The notes under the pieces: generated by a model
Told to the model about the DNA's origin: nothing
Seen by the model: only the letters and a program-made list of their open reading frames with translations
Databases searched by the model: none
Translations under genes and position numbers: made by a program
DNA from: Acaryochloridaceae cyanobacterium VAR_48_metabat_390
Lineage (GTDB): Bacteria; Cyanobacteriota; Cyanobacteriia; Thermosynechococcales; Thermosynechococcaceae
NCBI GenBank assembly: GCA_031422435.1
Contig: JANPLU010000090.1
Span: forward strand, 1-64,000
Reading direction: 5' to 3'
Length of the DNA: 64,000 nucleotides
Shown: piece after piece, positions 53,565 through 64,000 of the stretch
Numbering within the stretch: position 1 is the stretch's first letter
Layout of the letters: each line of letters opens with the position of its first letter

Positions 53565-55352
53565 ATGACATTGGACTTTCGCAACACCAATACGCTATGG
53601 ACATCTGTCTTAGCCGAAACCTTAAGGCAATTGGGTTTGCAGACCGCCATTATTTGTCCTGGCTCTCGCTCAGCACCCCTCACCGTGGCCTTTGCTCAGC
53701 ACCTTAATATTGAAGCTATCCCGATTTTAGATGAGCGCTCCGCCGCATTTTTTGCCCTTGGCATTGCGCGTCGAACTGGCGTACCGGTGGTCTTAATTTG
53801 CACCTCTGGCACCGCAGGGGCTCACTTCTACCCAGCCGTGATTGAGGCATTTGAAAGCCATGTGCCGCTGCTCATATTGACCGCCGATCGCCCACCAGAG
53901 CTTCGCCACTGCCATGCTGGTCAAGCCATCAGTCAGATGAATATGTACGGTGCCTATACCCACTGGTACAAAGAACTGGCGCTGCCCGAAGCAGATCTCT
54001 CCATGCTGGCCTATCTGCGCCAGACTGCTGTGCAGGCTTGGGGACGATCGCACTCCCCCATCCCTGGCCCTGTTCACCTCAATATTCCGTTTCGAGAGCC
54101 ACTGGCTCCTATTCTAGACCCCACCTTAAACCCCATTGCAAAGCACTTCAATGAAGCGCAGTTTTTTCAGATGGTGCAGCCGAGGGCAGTCACAGCTTAC
54201 TCTACCCAATTCACCCTACCGCTCCAAACTTGGATGGATTGCGATCGCGGCTTGATTATTGCAGGGCCAGCGATGCCCCGTGATGCGATAGCGTACTGTC
54301 AGGCGATCGCCCAGTTTTCCCAAACCCTCGGATGGCCTGTCTTGGCAGAGGGTTTATCGCCCTTACGCAACCATGCAGACCTGAACCCTTTTCTTATTTC
54401 AACCTACGATATTGCGCTACGCAATCGTGACCTAGCGACCCAGCTTCAGCCTAGACAGATTATTCGATTGGGAGAATTGCCCACCAGCAAAACCCTCAGA
54501 CAATGGCTTCAAGGGTTATCCATTCCTCAGTGGATTATTGAGCCTTCCGATCAAAATGTAGACCCGCTCCATAGCCATAGCGTTCACATTAGAGCTTCTG
54601 TTGAGGCTGTGGCAGAATGTTTAAGGGATCAGAGCGATCGCTCCGCACCAGGAGATCGCCCTGGACAATTTACCAATAAGTATTTAAAAGATTGGCTGCT
54701 GATAGAAACCAAAATTCGAGTAGACCTTGATCGCACTTTAAAGTCCACTCAGGCACTCCGCGAAAGTAAAGTCGCGTGGCTGCTTTCCCAGACCTTACCT
54801 ATCGGGACACCTTTGTTTATTGCCAACAGTATGCCCGTGCGAGATGTCGAGCTATTCTGGCAGCCTGGAACTCGAAAAATTCAGCCCTACTTTAATCGAG
54901 GTGCAAATGGCATTGATGGAACACTCTCGAGCGCGCTAGGGATGGCGCACCGCGATCAGCGCAGCGTTTTGCTAACGGGAGATTTATCTCTGCTTCATGA
55001 CACAAACGGCTTTTTGATTCAGACTCAGTGGCAAGGTAGCCTCACGATTGTGCTGATCAATAACGCAGGGGGCGGCATTTTTGGCATGTTGCCCATCGCT
55101 AACTTTGAGCCGCCCTTTGAAGCCTTTTTTGCAACCCCTCAACAGGCAGATTTTGCGAAGCTTTGCGCGGCGTATCAAGTAGAGCATGTCTTAATTCAGG
55201 ACTGGCATACGCTAGAGACGCTGCTCAATCTACTGCCTGCCCACGGCATTAGAGTGCTAGAAGTAACGTGCGATCGCACTCTAGATGCCCAGTGGCGCAA
55301 AGCACACCTGCACAAACTCTCTGCTGCAGCCTTTGAGAACGATCAATCCTAA
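53565..55352 (+). CDS. menD: SEPHCHC synthase (phylloquinone/menaquinone biosynthesis)
   Basis: CPGSRSAPL, DERSAAFFALG, TSGTA, TADRP, NSMPVRD, NRGANGIDG, GDLSLLHD. Confidence 0.97.
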   Translation: MTLDFRNTNTLWTSVLAETLRQLGLQTAIICPGSRSAPLTVAFAQHLNIEAIPILDERSAAFFALGIARRTGVPVVLICTSGTAGAHFYPAVIEAFESHVPLLILTADRPPELRHCHAGQAISQMNMYGAYTHWYKELALPEADLSMLAYLRQTAVQAWGRSHSPIPGPVHLNIPFREPLAPILDPTLNPIAKHFNEAQFFQMVQPRAVTAYSTQFTLPLQTWMDCDRGLIIAGPAMPRDAIAYCQAIAQFSQTLGWPVLAEGLSPLRNHADLNPFLISTYDIALRNRDLATQLQPRQIIRLGELPTSKTLRQWLQGLSIPQWIIEPSDQNVDPLHSHSVHIRASVEAVAECLRDQSDRSAPGDRPGQFTNKYLKDWLLIETKIRVDLDRTLKSTQALRESKVAWLLSQTLPIGTPLFIANSMPVRDVELFWQPGTRKIQPYFNRGANGIDGTLSSALGMAHRDQRSVLLTGDLSLLHDTNGFLIQTQWQGSLTIVLINNAGGGIFGMLPIANFEPPFEAFFATPQQADFAKLCAAYQVEHVLIQDWHTLETLLNLLPAHGIRVLEVTCDRTLDAQWRKAHLHKLSAAAFENDQS

Positions 55353-55474
55353 AAAAGACGGCATTAAACCCTTGACAGTCCGTGACAGTGCCTTAACTAT
55401 GGTGTTAGTGAATGTGGGGGAAGTGTGGACTATCCATACTGGTTGAACAATCTAAAGACCTTATAGGAAATGCT

Positions 55475-57226
55475 ATGCGTGTCAGTCAGCACCTTCGGCG
55501 ACGTTCCGCTCGTCCGCTCCACATCACCTTATTGGTTTTGGCCTTAGGCACGGTATCTAGCCTGCCCAGCGTGGCGCAGCTTCAGCCCTTACCTGCGCCC
55601 AACATTAAAGAATTACCGTTACCGGAAGTTCCGGCTGCACTCCCTCCCAGCGCTACCGAACCCGCCGCCGCCCCTCCATCCGCTGCACCCACTCCTCCTA
55701 AAACGACTGCTCCGACCCAAACGGCGAAGCCGCTGGAACCCCTAAAAGAGGGTGCCGATTCAGTAAAGCCTAAGGTTGTGCACCCTGCGCCCAAACCCGC
55801 TGTCCCCGCCGCCAAAACTGCACCAGATCAAGGCAAAACGGCTCCGGCTGTGAAAACAGCACAGCCAATGCCCAAAAAGCCGGAGGCGGATACGCCAGCA
55901 AAGCCTAAGGCGGCTAAAGTGACCCCCTCCAAAAGTTCGCCTGCGGTGAAAACAGCGCAGCCAGAACCCAAAAAGCCGACTGCTGAACCTGTTAAACCTA
56001 AAGCGGCTCAAACCAAACCTTCTGTCGATGAAGTGGCTACTCCTTCACCTGCCAAAAAGCCGACTGCTGTCATCCCCAACAAAACAGTCCCTAATATCAA
56101 CTGGGTCGCGCGGCGTGAGGCTAATGCATTGATGAACCAGGCCAATGCGAAGTACGCGAAGCAGGACTATAAGGGTGCGCTTACCGTTTACAGCATCGCC
56201 ACCACTAAAGATCCTCAGTACGCCATTCCCTTTGTGAATCGTGGGAATGCTCAAATTGGTTTGGGCAATTTCCAGGATGCGATCGCAGACTACACCAAGG
56301 CCATTACTCTCGACGTCATCCTTACAGAACCCTACCTTCGGCGCGGCACACTCTATGCCGCGCAACGCAAGTATCCAGAGGCAATGGTAGATTTTAACCG
56401 CGTGGTGCAGCTTGACGCAAAATCTAGCGAGGGCTATCAGGCACGAGGGCGACTCTACATAAGTCAAGAAAACTATGCTGCTGCCCAGCAAGATTTCTCT
56501 AAAGCACTTGCCCTCAAGCCAACTGCTGCCGCCTACTTGGGGCGAGGCGTTGCAGTCGCGGCTCAAGGGAAAGATGGGGCGGCGGTGGCAGACTTTACTC
56601 AAGCCATTGGGCTGGAGCCAAACTCATCCGAAGCGTTCTATCGACGCGGCCTTGCCCAAGGCAAAACGGGGAATATCACGGTGGCGATCGCTGACCTTAC
56701 CCAAGCCATTCAGCTCAATCCAGGCTTTAGCAGTGCCTACCTTAACCGAGGTCTATTCCACTCGTCTCAAAAAGCCTATGGCGAGGCGATCTCCGACTAT
56801 ACTCAGGCGATTCGGCTCAACCCCAAAGATGCATCCGCCTACCTGGCGCGAGGGGTTGCCCAAAGTGAACAGGGCGATAAAACAGCGGCGATCGCCGACT
56901 ATACCCAGGCCATTAAACTCGATCCAGCGCTTACGGCAGCCTACGTGAACCGTGCCAACCTGCGGGGCGCTATGGCACAGATCGAGGCATTAGCCGACTA
57001 CGATCGCGCCCTAGCGCTAGAACCCAATAACGGCGTCGTGTATAACAACCGTGCGCTTTTGTATGCGGCGCAAGGCAACTCAGCATTGGCCTTAGCCGAC
57101 TATCGTAAAGCCGCTGAACTGTATCAGCAGCAGGGCAACACCCAAGACTACAACCGCCTACAGCCAGAAATTGAGCGGCTTCAGGCGTCTGCTCGTCCAG
57201 CCCCTGAGGTCAAGCCGAGTCCATAG
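55475..57226 (+). CDS. Exported TPR-repeat protein with Pro/Ala/Lys-rich linker
   Basis: Signal-like hydrophobic segment ending SVAQ; low-complexity region; about 10 TPR repeats (AYxNRG...AIADYTQAIxLNP). Confidence 0.88.
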   Translation: MRVSQHLRRRSARPLHITLLVLALGTVSSLPSVAQLQPLPAPNIKELPLPEVPAALPPSATEPAAAPPSAAPTPPKTTAPTQTAKPLEPLKEGADSVKPKVVHPAPKPAVPAAKTAPDQGKTAPAVKTAQPMPKKPEADTPAKPKAAKVTPSKSSPAVKTAQPEPKKPTAEPVKPKAAQTKPSVDEVATPSPAKKPTAVIPNKTVPNINWVARREANALMNQANAKYAKQDYKGALTVYSIATTKDPQYAIPFVNRGNAQIGLGNFQDAIADYTKAITLDVILTEPYLRRGTLYAAQRKYPEAMVDFNRVVQLDAKSSEGYQARGRLYISQENYAAAQQDFSKALALKPTAAAYLGRGVAVAAQGKDGAAVADFTQAIGLEPNSSEAFYRRGLAQGKTGNITVAIADLTQAIQLNPGFSSAYLNRGLFHSSQKAYGEAISDYTQAIRLNPKDASAYLARGVAQSEQGDKTAAIADYTQAIKLDPALTAAYVNRANLRGAMAQIEALADYDRALALEPNNGVVYNNRALLYAAQGNSALALADYRKAAELYQQQGNTQDYNRLQPEIERLQASARPAPEVKPSP

Positions 57227-57314
57227 TGCAGGATGTTTCACCCTAGAGAAAGGGAATATTAGAGTATGTATACCCTCATAGCCATTCGCAGGTTCTGGCA
57301 AGACAAGGGCAGAA

Positions 57315-57638
57315 ATGGCTTACTCTGACGTTCCCGTTTATAACATCACCCTCGTTAGAAATGACCAGGCAGACAGCGTCACAGTTAAAATTGGGAGAGA
57401 TGAATACATTCTAGAATCGGCGGAAGATCAGGGTGTAAAGCTACCTTCTTCTTGCAACGCAGGTAAGTGCATTACCTGCGTGAGCAGATTATTGGAAGGT
57501 AAAGTTGAGCAAGACAATATTTTTTTGAAGCCTGATGAAGTGGCAGCGGGTTTTATTTTGACATGTAAATCTTATCCACGTTCAAACTGTGTAATTTTAA
57601 CCCACCAAGAAGACGTGCTGCTAGAGGGAGAGTGGTAG
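57315..57638 (+). CDS. 2Fe-2S plant-type ferredoxin-like protein
   Basis: LPSSCNAGKCITC...ILTC..YPRS. Confidence 0.92.
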   Translation: MAYSDVPVYNITLVRNDQADSVTVKIGRDEYILESAEDQGVKLPSSCNAGKCITCVSRLLEGKVEQDNIFLKPDEVAAGFILTCKSYPRSNCVILTHQEDVLLEGEW

Positions 57639-57662
57639 TTAGTTTATTTAACTTACCCACTC

Positions 57663-58379
57663 TTAAGAAATAATGCCTGACCGCAGTGCCCTTACGGCTG
57701 CTTCAGTGCGGTCATTAGCGCAAAGCTTTTCTAGAATGTTGCGGACGTGGGTTTTGACCGTGCCCACCGTAATGTAGAGCTTTTCCGCAATTTCAATATT
57801 GGTGCACCCAGACACGATGCACTCCAGTACCTCGCGTTCGCGTTCGGTGAGGGGATAGTTGTTGAGCAGCTCTTCATACTCTGGCTCAACGGCACCAATG
57901 CTGACGGTTTTACGGTTACCCTCTGAATCTGTGGATGACTCTTGCTTAAGCTGTCGTAGCACAATGTTGGCGATCGCCGGATCAATCCAGGCACTACCCT
58001 GATGAGTCGCCTCAACAGCCTCTTTGAGTCGCTCAATCTCGATATTTTTCATGCAGTAAGAGTCTGCCCCCGCCGCAAAGGCCGCGAGTACCACGTCATC
58101 GTTGCCCTGCATCGTCAAAATCAAAATCTTTGTTGTGCTGTTGGGCTGCTCTGCCTGATAGGCGCGAAAGCGTCGGGTTAGCTCAATCCCGTCCATGCCA
58201 GGTAGCCCCACGTCTACCAGGGCAACATCTGGCTGCATTTTTTCAAGCACCTGTAGCCCTTGAAGACCGCTCGCCGCCTCCCCCACGACCTGAATACCCG
58301 CCTGCTGCTGCAAAGCAGTACGGATACCGATGCGCACAACATCATGATCTTCAATTAATGCGACAGAAATAGGCTTCAT
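57663..58379 (-). CDS. NarL/LuxR-family response regulator
   Basis: REC domain (IEDH, LVDVGLPGMDG, YCMK) plus LTEREREVL...TVKTHVRNIL HTH. Confidence 0.95.
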   Translation of the reverse strand: MKPISVALIEDHDVVRIGIRTALQQQAGIQVVGEAASGLQGLQVLEKMQPDVALVDVGLPGMDGIELTRRFRAYQAEQPNSTTKILILTMQGNDDVVLAAFAAGADSYCMKNIEIERLKEAVEATHQGSAWIDPAIANIVLRQLKQESSTDSEGNRKTVSIGAVEPEYEELLNNYPLTEREREVLECIVSGCTNIEIAEKLYITVGTVKTHVRNILEKLCANDRTEAAVRALRSGIIS

Positions 58380-58730
58380 TAGAACAATACTCAGCGGCTA
58401 AAACGACTTCAGTGATTAACGCATTGGTATGCTCTTCTAAGTTTTTGGGTAGAACTCAATCAAAGCAGCGCCCTTATCAAAATAATGGCGGTAAATGCTA
58501 AAAACCGCCTCTACCTAAAGCAGCAAGAGTTGCTGGGCTAGCTTCTCTTCAATCTAACCCTTGGGTGAGGTAAAAATATGTCTTTAGAAAGATTGACTGG
58601 CCTAATCTCTCAGCTTTAGGGTGCAAGATAAGCTTTAAGAATCAAAGCATACCGTAAGGCACACAGGCATCATGGGCTATTTTTGTAGACACCATAAAAT
58701 AAGAAATAACTCTTTTACACAACGCCTACT

Positions 58731-61700
58731 GTGAAACAACGCGCAATGTCTAGTGATGCAAGCTACTACCCCTGGATTGAAGCAATGCCCCACATTGTCT
58801 GGATTGCTGCGCAGACGGGAGGTGTGATGTTTCTCAATCGGCGCTGGACAGAAGTGACAGGGTTGAGTAACGCCCAGGGGTTAGGATTTGAGTTCTTGCA
58901 GGCGATTCATCCAGAAGATCGCGATCGCATCCAAGCTGATTGGCAGCAGGCCGTTGCGTCTAGACAGCCCTACGAAGCAAAATTTCGGATACGTCAGGCT
59001 GATGGCGCATACACGCGCGTCATCGCGCGCGCCCAAATCGAGCGTACCCCAGGTTCTGGCACCGTGGAGTGGGTGGGGACCTTCACTGACATTGAAAGCG
59101 TGATGCACCGCAAAGACGATCTGATTCATAAGCAGCAGTTTTTAGAGGCGCTGTTAGAAAATCTGTCTGATGGCATTGTTGCCTGTGATGCCAGCGGCAC
59201 CCTGACCCTGTTTAATACCGCCAGTCAACAGTTTCATGGGCTACCCGCAGAACCCCTCCCCGCCAAGCGCTGGGCTGAACACTACGATCTTTACGGTGCG
59301 GACTACGCCACCCCCATGCGGCAAGAAGACATCCCGCTGTTTCGCGCCCTCAACGGTGAACAGGTGCGGGGCGCAAAGATGCGAATTGTGCCTAAGCAGG
59401 GAAAACCTCGCGTGCTGATTGCCAGCGGTGGCCCCATTCTGCATCCCGATGGGCACCAGTTGGGTGCAGTGGTTGCCATGCGGGATATCACAGAGCAAGA
59501 ACAGGCAGAGGCAGCCCTGCGGGACAGCGAACGTCGGTTTCGCGCCATTTTTAACCAAACGTTTCAGTTTATTGGGTTAGTAGAGCCAGACGGGACGCTC
59601 ATTGAGGCTAATCAAACGGCGCTAGACTTTGGCGGCTTTGCGGCTGAGACGGTGATTGGGAAACTCTTCTGGGAAGCGCCGTGGTGGAGCCTCTCAGCAG
59701 AGATTCAGAAAAGGCTTCAGCGGGCGATCGCCGCTGCCGCTGCCGGAGCATTTGTGCGCTATGAGGTGGAGGTTTTGGGCGCTCACGATGAGATTGTGAC
59801 CATCGACTTTTCTCTAAAGCCCATCTTAGATGAAGCGCACAATACCCTTCTGCTCATTGCAGAAGGGCGCGATATTACCCAGCGCAAAAAAGCTGAAGCC
59901 GAAGTATCTCGACTGAATGCTTCCCTGGGTCAGCGCGTGGCTCAGCGCACGGCGGAGCTGGAGGCCAAAAATTTCCAGAATGAAGTGCTGCTGGTGAGTG
60001 AGCGCGAGGCGAGAGTAGAGTTAGAAGCGGCGATCGCCCAGCTAGAGATCATCAACTGCCAGTATGAAGAGCTATTAGAGCGGGAGCAGCAGGCCAGGGC
60101 AGAGGTTGAGAAGGCGATCGCCGAAACGGCAACCTACACCGAGCGTTTGACCTTAGTGCTAGATGCAGTTCAAATGGGAACTTGGGACTGGAACATTGTG
60201 ACCGATCAAACCCTTTGGGATTTGCGTCATGAGGCCATTTTTGGCTACGAGCCAGGAACCCCTAATCGAGATTACATTAACTGGGAGCGCCGCGTTCATC
60301 CTGATGACTTGGAGTGGATTCATGAGGCCACACGTGCAGCAATGGATCACCATCAGCCCTTAGCCCTTCAGTACCGTATTATTTGGCCTGATGGCAGCCT
60401 GCACTGGATTGATGCCCAAGGGCGATTTCTGTACGACGCAGCAGGTCGCCCCATCCGTATGATTGGCGTGGTCAGAGACATTACAGATCAAAAACACACC
60501 GAAGATGCGCTAATCGACAGCGAAGACCGTTTCCGTCGCGCCATTTTAGATTCACCGCTTCCTATTATTCTCCATGCTAACGATGGAGAAATTGTCTTAG
60601 TTAACGCAGCCTGGACTGAGCTTTCGGGGTATGAGTCCAAAGATATTCCGACCGTTAACGCATGGCTTGAGAAAGCCTATGGAGAGCGCAAAGAGCTGGC
60701 TGAGGCTCGGATTAAAAATCTCTACAGCATTGATACGCGAGTGAGAGAAGGTGAATTTATCATCAGAACGCGCAGTGGCGAAACCCGAATTTGGGATTTC
60801 TCTTCTGCTCCCCTCGGCAAACTGCCGGATGGTCGGCGTTTAGTCATTGGTACCGCCCTAGATATCACTGAGCGCAAGCAGTATGAAGAGGCGCTACGCC
60901 AAAGTCAAGAGCAGTGTAGAGCCACCTTTGAGCAGGCGGCTGTCGGCATTGCCCATGTCGGTACAGAAGGTCGCTGGCTGCGGGTTAATCAAAAGCTTTG
61001 CGAGATTTTGGGTTATTCAGTCGCAGAGCTGACAGAACTCACCTTTCAAGACATTACCCATCCCGACGATCTCGCAGCAGATTTAGCGCTCATGCATCAG
61101 CTCCTAGCAGGAGAAATTCAGACCTACTCCATTGAAAAACGCTATTTCCATAAATCGGGAGAAGCGGTGTGGATTGAGCTGACGGTATCGTTAGTGTGGA
61201 CAGAAATAGAGGATAAATCCAATTTAGAAAGGCGTATTAGAGAACCCCAATACTTTATTTCGGTTATTGAAGAAATTAATGACCGAAAACAGGCTCAAGC
61301 CCAGCTACAGGAACGCTCCCGTGAACTGTCTAATTTTAATGGGCTATTGGCTCAAGCTGCCGTGCTGTTAGATGAGCGTAACCAAGAGCTAGATCAGTTT
61401 GTGCATATTGTGTCCCATGACCTCAAAGCGCCACTCCGCGCCATTGCGAACCTTTCTCAGTGGATTGAAGAAGATCTAGAGGGGGAGCTTTCCCCTGACA
61501 ATCAGCAGCAGATGAAGCTACTGCGCGATCGCGTCCACCGTATGCAGTCGATGATTGACGGGCTGCTTGAGTATGCAAGAGCAGGGCGAACGGATGCAGC
61601 GATTGAGTCAGTCGCAGTAGCGGAACTGTTGGCGGAGGTAATTGACTCTTTAGATCCACCTCATTCCTTCAAAATTGAAATTGCGCCCAACATGCCGACC

Positions 61701-62045
61701 CTTTTGACCAAGCGTTTGCTGCTGTCTCAGGTATTTGCAAACCTGATTAGCAACGGCATTAAGCACCACAATCGACCCGATGGGCTAATTCAGATTTCAA
61801 GTCAGGATAAAGGCGATTTTTATGAGTTTGAAGTATCGGATGATGGCTCTGGCATTGCAGCAGAGCATCACGACAAAATTTTTATGATTTTTCAGGCCGT
61901 CAACCCTCAGAAAAGCCAAGACAGTTCTGGGATTGGTCTAAGCATTGTCAAAAAAATCGTTGAAACCGAAGAAGGCACCATTCGCCTTGTGTCTGAGCTA
62001 GGAAAAGGGACAGCTTTTTACTTCACTTGGCCTAAGCAGCCGTAA
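58731..62045 (+). CDS. Soluble multi-PAS/PAC sensor histidine kinase
   Basis: About six PAS/PAC repeats (DIT motifs), coiled coil, SHDLKAPLRAI H-box, NLISNGIKH, DDGSG, GIGLSIV. Confidence 0.93.
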   Translation: MKQRAMSSDASYYPWIEAMPHIVWIAAQTGGVMFLNRRWTEVTGLSNAQGLGFEFLQAIHPEDRDRIQADWQQAVASRQPYEAKFRIRQADGAYTRVIARAQIERTPGSGTVEWVGTFTDIESVMHRKDDLIHKQQFLEALLENLSDGIVACDASGTLTLFNTASQQFHGLPAEPLPAKRWAEHYDLYGADYATPMRQEDIPLFRALNGEQVRGAKMRIVPKQGKPRVLIASGGPILHPDGHQLGAVVAMRDITEQEQAEAALRDSERRFRAIFNQTFQFIGLVEPDGTLIEANQTALDFGGFAAETVIGKLFWEAPWWSLSAEIQKRLQRAIAAAAAGAFVRYEVEVLGAHDEIVTIDFSLKPILDEAHNTLLLIAEGRDITQRKKAEAEVSRLNASLGQRVAQRTAELEAKNFQNEVLLVSEREARVELEAAIAQLEIINCQYEELLEREQQARAEVEKAIAETATYTERLTLVLDAVQMGTWDWNIVTDQTLWDLRHEAIFGYEPGTPNRDYINWERRVHPDDLEWIHEATRAAMDHHQPLALQYRIIWPDGSLHWIDAQGRFLYDAAGRPIRMIGVVRDITDQKHTEDALIDSEDRFRRAILDSPLPIILHANDGEIVLVNAAWTELSGYESKDIPTVNAWLEKAYGERKELAEARIKNLYSIDTRVREGEFIIRTRSGETRIWDFSSAPLGKLPDGRRLVIGTALDITERKQYEEALRQSQEQCRATFEQAAVGIAHVGTEGRWLRVNQKLCEILGYSVAELTELTFQDITHPDDLAADLALMHQLLAGEIQTYSIEKRYFHKSGEAVWIELTVSLVWTEIEDKSNLERRIREPQYFISVIEEINDRKQAQAQLQERSRELSNFNGLLAQAAVLLDERNQELDQFVHIVSHDLKAPLRAIANLSQWIEEDLEGELSPDNQQQMKLLRDRVHRMQSMIDGLLEYARAGRTDAAIESVAVAELLAEVIDSLDPPHSFKIEIAPNMPTLLTKRLLLSQVFANLISNGIKHHNRPDGLIQISSQDKGDFYEFEVSDDGSGIAAEHHDKIFMIFQAVNPQKSQDSSGIGLSIVKKIVETEEGTIRLVSELGKGTAFYFTWPKQP

Positions 62046-62078
62046 TGATTATGGATTTAATCGCCGACACCTTGCACT

Positions 62079-62204
62079 CCCTCACCCCAACCCTCTCCCT
62101 AGGGAGAGGGAGCAAGAGTCCGATCCCCCTTCTCCTCAGGGAGAAGGGGTTAGGGGATGAGGGAGTGTAAAGCGCATGGCTTCTTAGCACTTCTCTGAGT
62201 TATT
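62079..62204. repeat. REP-like / small dispersed palindromic repeat, copy 2
   Basis: Near-identical to 9762-9887, including the GTGTAAAGCG...GCTTC..AGCA.TTCTCT tail. Confidence 0.85.
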
Positions 62205-62257
62205 AAATCCCTGACCCTAAACAAAATCCGCTATCCTTACGATCACCCAGCTCCAAA

Positions 62258-64000
62258 ATGCCCAAGCGCCTTTCACTCAAAAATCTAATTAAACCTTGGC
62301 AAGGACTGTCAGTGCGTCGGCAGGGATTCATTGTAATTGCCGTTCCGTTACTGTGTCTCATTTTGTCTTTGGGGGCGTTTAGCTGGCTCAGGTACAGTAT
62401 TGACCAATCGCAAAAGTGGGTTGACCACACCAACCAAGTTTTACTAACGAGCAATCAACTCTTAACAGATGTACTCAACGCCGAGACAGGCGTACGCGGT
62501 TATGCGCTCACGCTCAGTTCTGAGTTTTTAGAGCCGTACTATATGGCTCAGTCTGATCTCCCGAAGTGTTTAGGTCAACTAAAGGCACTGGTCAGCGATA
62601 ATCCTCAGCAGAGCCTAAGGCTACAAAACATTACCCAAACCATGCAGCAGCGAGTGCATACGCTGCTGAAAGTCATTGAATTGATTGATCGGTCAGACTC
62701 AAAAACGTTGAAAAAGGCGGATCTGAATCGATTGGTCGTGCAGGGCAAGATTGAGATGGATCAGCTGCGCCTGAGTCTGGATCAGTTTGACCAACAAGAG
62801 CATGAACTGCTGAAAGTTCGCCGAGATGAGCTAAATTTTCAGCGCAATCTTAATGAAACCCTACTGTGGGCTGTGGCACTTACAAGTGCCTTAGGGTCAG
62901 TGTTTGCCCTGATTTTATTTAGTCGGTTAGATCGCAACTTAGCTGAGCGAGAGCGACTGCTGCTGCAAAGCAAAAATCTCATCGAAGCCGTTATTTCTAA
63001 TGTGGTAGATGCCGTGATTATCTTAAATCAAAAGGCTCGCATTGAAAGCATTAATACTGCCACTACTTTAATTTTCGGCTATACGCGTGCTCGAGTAATA
63101 GATGAAGACCTCTCCTTACTGCTCAATGAACTGCCGTTAGACCAAAGCTACAGTAGTCAAGAATACCTGCAGCAAAAGCTGTTCGAGGGTGAGCAGCAGT
63201 GGCAGGCGACTGGGCGGCGCATCAGTGGCGAATCTTTTCCGATAGAGATTTCTCTTAGTCAAATTGCCTTTGACAATCGAATAATCGTCATTATTCGAGA
63301 TATTACCGAGCAACAGCAGGTTATGGCTCAACTCCAGGCACGTGCCCAAGAGCTAGCGCAGCTCAACACCACTTTAGCGCTAACTAACACTGAGCTTGAG
63401 TCGCGCAACCTAGAGCTAGACCAGTTTGCTTATGTGGCTTCCCATGACCTCAAGGCTCCATTGAGGGCGATCGCCAGCCTGTCAGAATGGGTCGAAGAAG
63501 ACCTTGCCGAAAAGCTGCCCGAAGAAAATAAGCAGCAGATTCATCTCTTGCGAGGCCGTGTATACCGCATGGAAGCCCTCATCAATGGGCTGCTAAAATA
63601 CTCGCGCATTGGCAGACTGAACGTCCCGATAGAAACCGTAGATGTTCAAAAACTTGTAGAAGAAATTATTGATACGCTCGCGCCACCCCCCACTTTCACC
63701 GTGACGATTGGGGTAAAGATGCCTATCATTAAAACGCGGCGACTGGCACTTCAGCAGGTGCTTTCAAACCTATTAGATAACGCCCACAAACATCATCCTC
63801 GCCCCACTGGCAATGTTGATGTTTCCGTCACGGATCAAGGACGGTGGTATGAGTTTGTGATTAAAGATGACGGTGGCGGCATCGACCCGAAATACCACAA
63901 GAAAATTTTTACCATCTTTCAGACACTGCAATCTCGCGATACCCAAGAGGGAACCGGAATTGGCTTAGCCATTATCAAAAAAATCCTCGAAACAGAGGGT
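62258..64000 (+). CDS. CHASE3-PAS membrane sensor histidine kinase (runs off the window end; missing from the ORF track)
   Basis: Manual translation MPKRLSLKNL...TM...WVDHT..V...NAETGVRGY (CHASE3), TM2, PAS, ASHDLKAPLRAI, NLLDNAHKH, DDGGGI, GTGIGLAII. Confidence 0.9.
   Translation, partial: MPKRLSLKNLIKPWQGLSVRRQGFIVIAVPLLCLILSLGAFSWLRYSIDQSQKWVDHTNQVLLTSNQLLTDVLNAETGVRGYALTLSSEFLEPYYMAQSDLPKCLGQLKALVSDNPQQSLRLQNITQTMQQRVHTLLKVIELIDRSDSKTLKKADLNRLVVQGKIEMDQLRLSLDQFDQQEHELLKVRRDELNFQRNLNETLLWAVALTSALGSVFALILFSRLDRNLAERERLLLQSKNLIEAVISNVVDAVIILNQKARIESINTATTLIFGYTRARVIDEDLSLLLNELPLDQSYSSQEYLQQKLFEGEQQWQATGRRISGESFPIEISLSQIAFDNRIIVIIRDITEQQQVMAQLQARAQELAQLNTTLALTNTELESRNLELDQFAYVASHDLKAPLRAIASLSEWVEEDLAEKLPEENKQQIHLLRGRVYRMEALINGLLKYSRIGRLNVPIETVDVQKLVEEIIDTLAPPPTFTVTIGVKMPIIKTRRLALQQVLSNLLDNAHKHHPRPTGNVDVSVTDQGRWYEFVIKDDGGGIDPKYHKKIFTIFQTLQSRDTQEGTGIGLAIIKKILETEG

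Noticed and set aside
56045..56948. Long antisense and alternate-frame ORFs inside the TPR gene (similar ones lie inside eno, atpD, dnaJ, dnaK, clpC, prlC and the kinases)
   Set aside because: Shadow ORFs of well-supported genes, without motifs of their own

Overview
Cyanobacterial chromosomal segment, judged from dense HIP1 GCGATCGC octamers and from petBD, atpDC, ctpA and pilBTC. It is mostly conserved housekeeping genes: gloA/eno, petB-petD, ctpA-HD hydrolase, rsmG, atpD-atpC, grpE-dnaK-dnaJ-tusA-rsgA, pilB-pilT-pilC, lysA-cdaA-uppS, rimI, clpC, dacB/nadE, amidase, MBL hydrolase, trpG, dgkA, ybeY, prlC, rfbD, menD, a TPR protein, a ferredoxin and a two-component cluster. Two AT-rich islands lack HIP1. 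Island 1 (about 1-7 kb) is the end of a polysaccharide locus (rfbA, Wzx flippase, acetyltransferase, two sulfotransferase-like genes) next to an IS5/IS903-type element end. Island 2 (about 48.5-53.5 kb, between rfbD and menD) encodes a putative lipase/phospholipase, a stand-alone mini-lipoxygenase with a full iron-ligand set and Gly at the Coffa-Brash site (R-specific predicted), and a short atypical catalase-like protein. Together these form a candidate unfused lipid-release/peroxidation/oxylipin module, the most interesting feature here. Several MITE/REP-like elements are also present. All calls rest on motif recognition by eye; no database searches were run.
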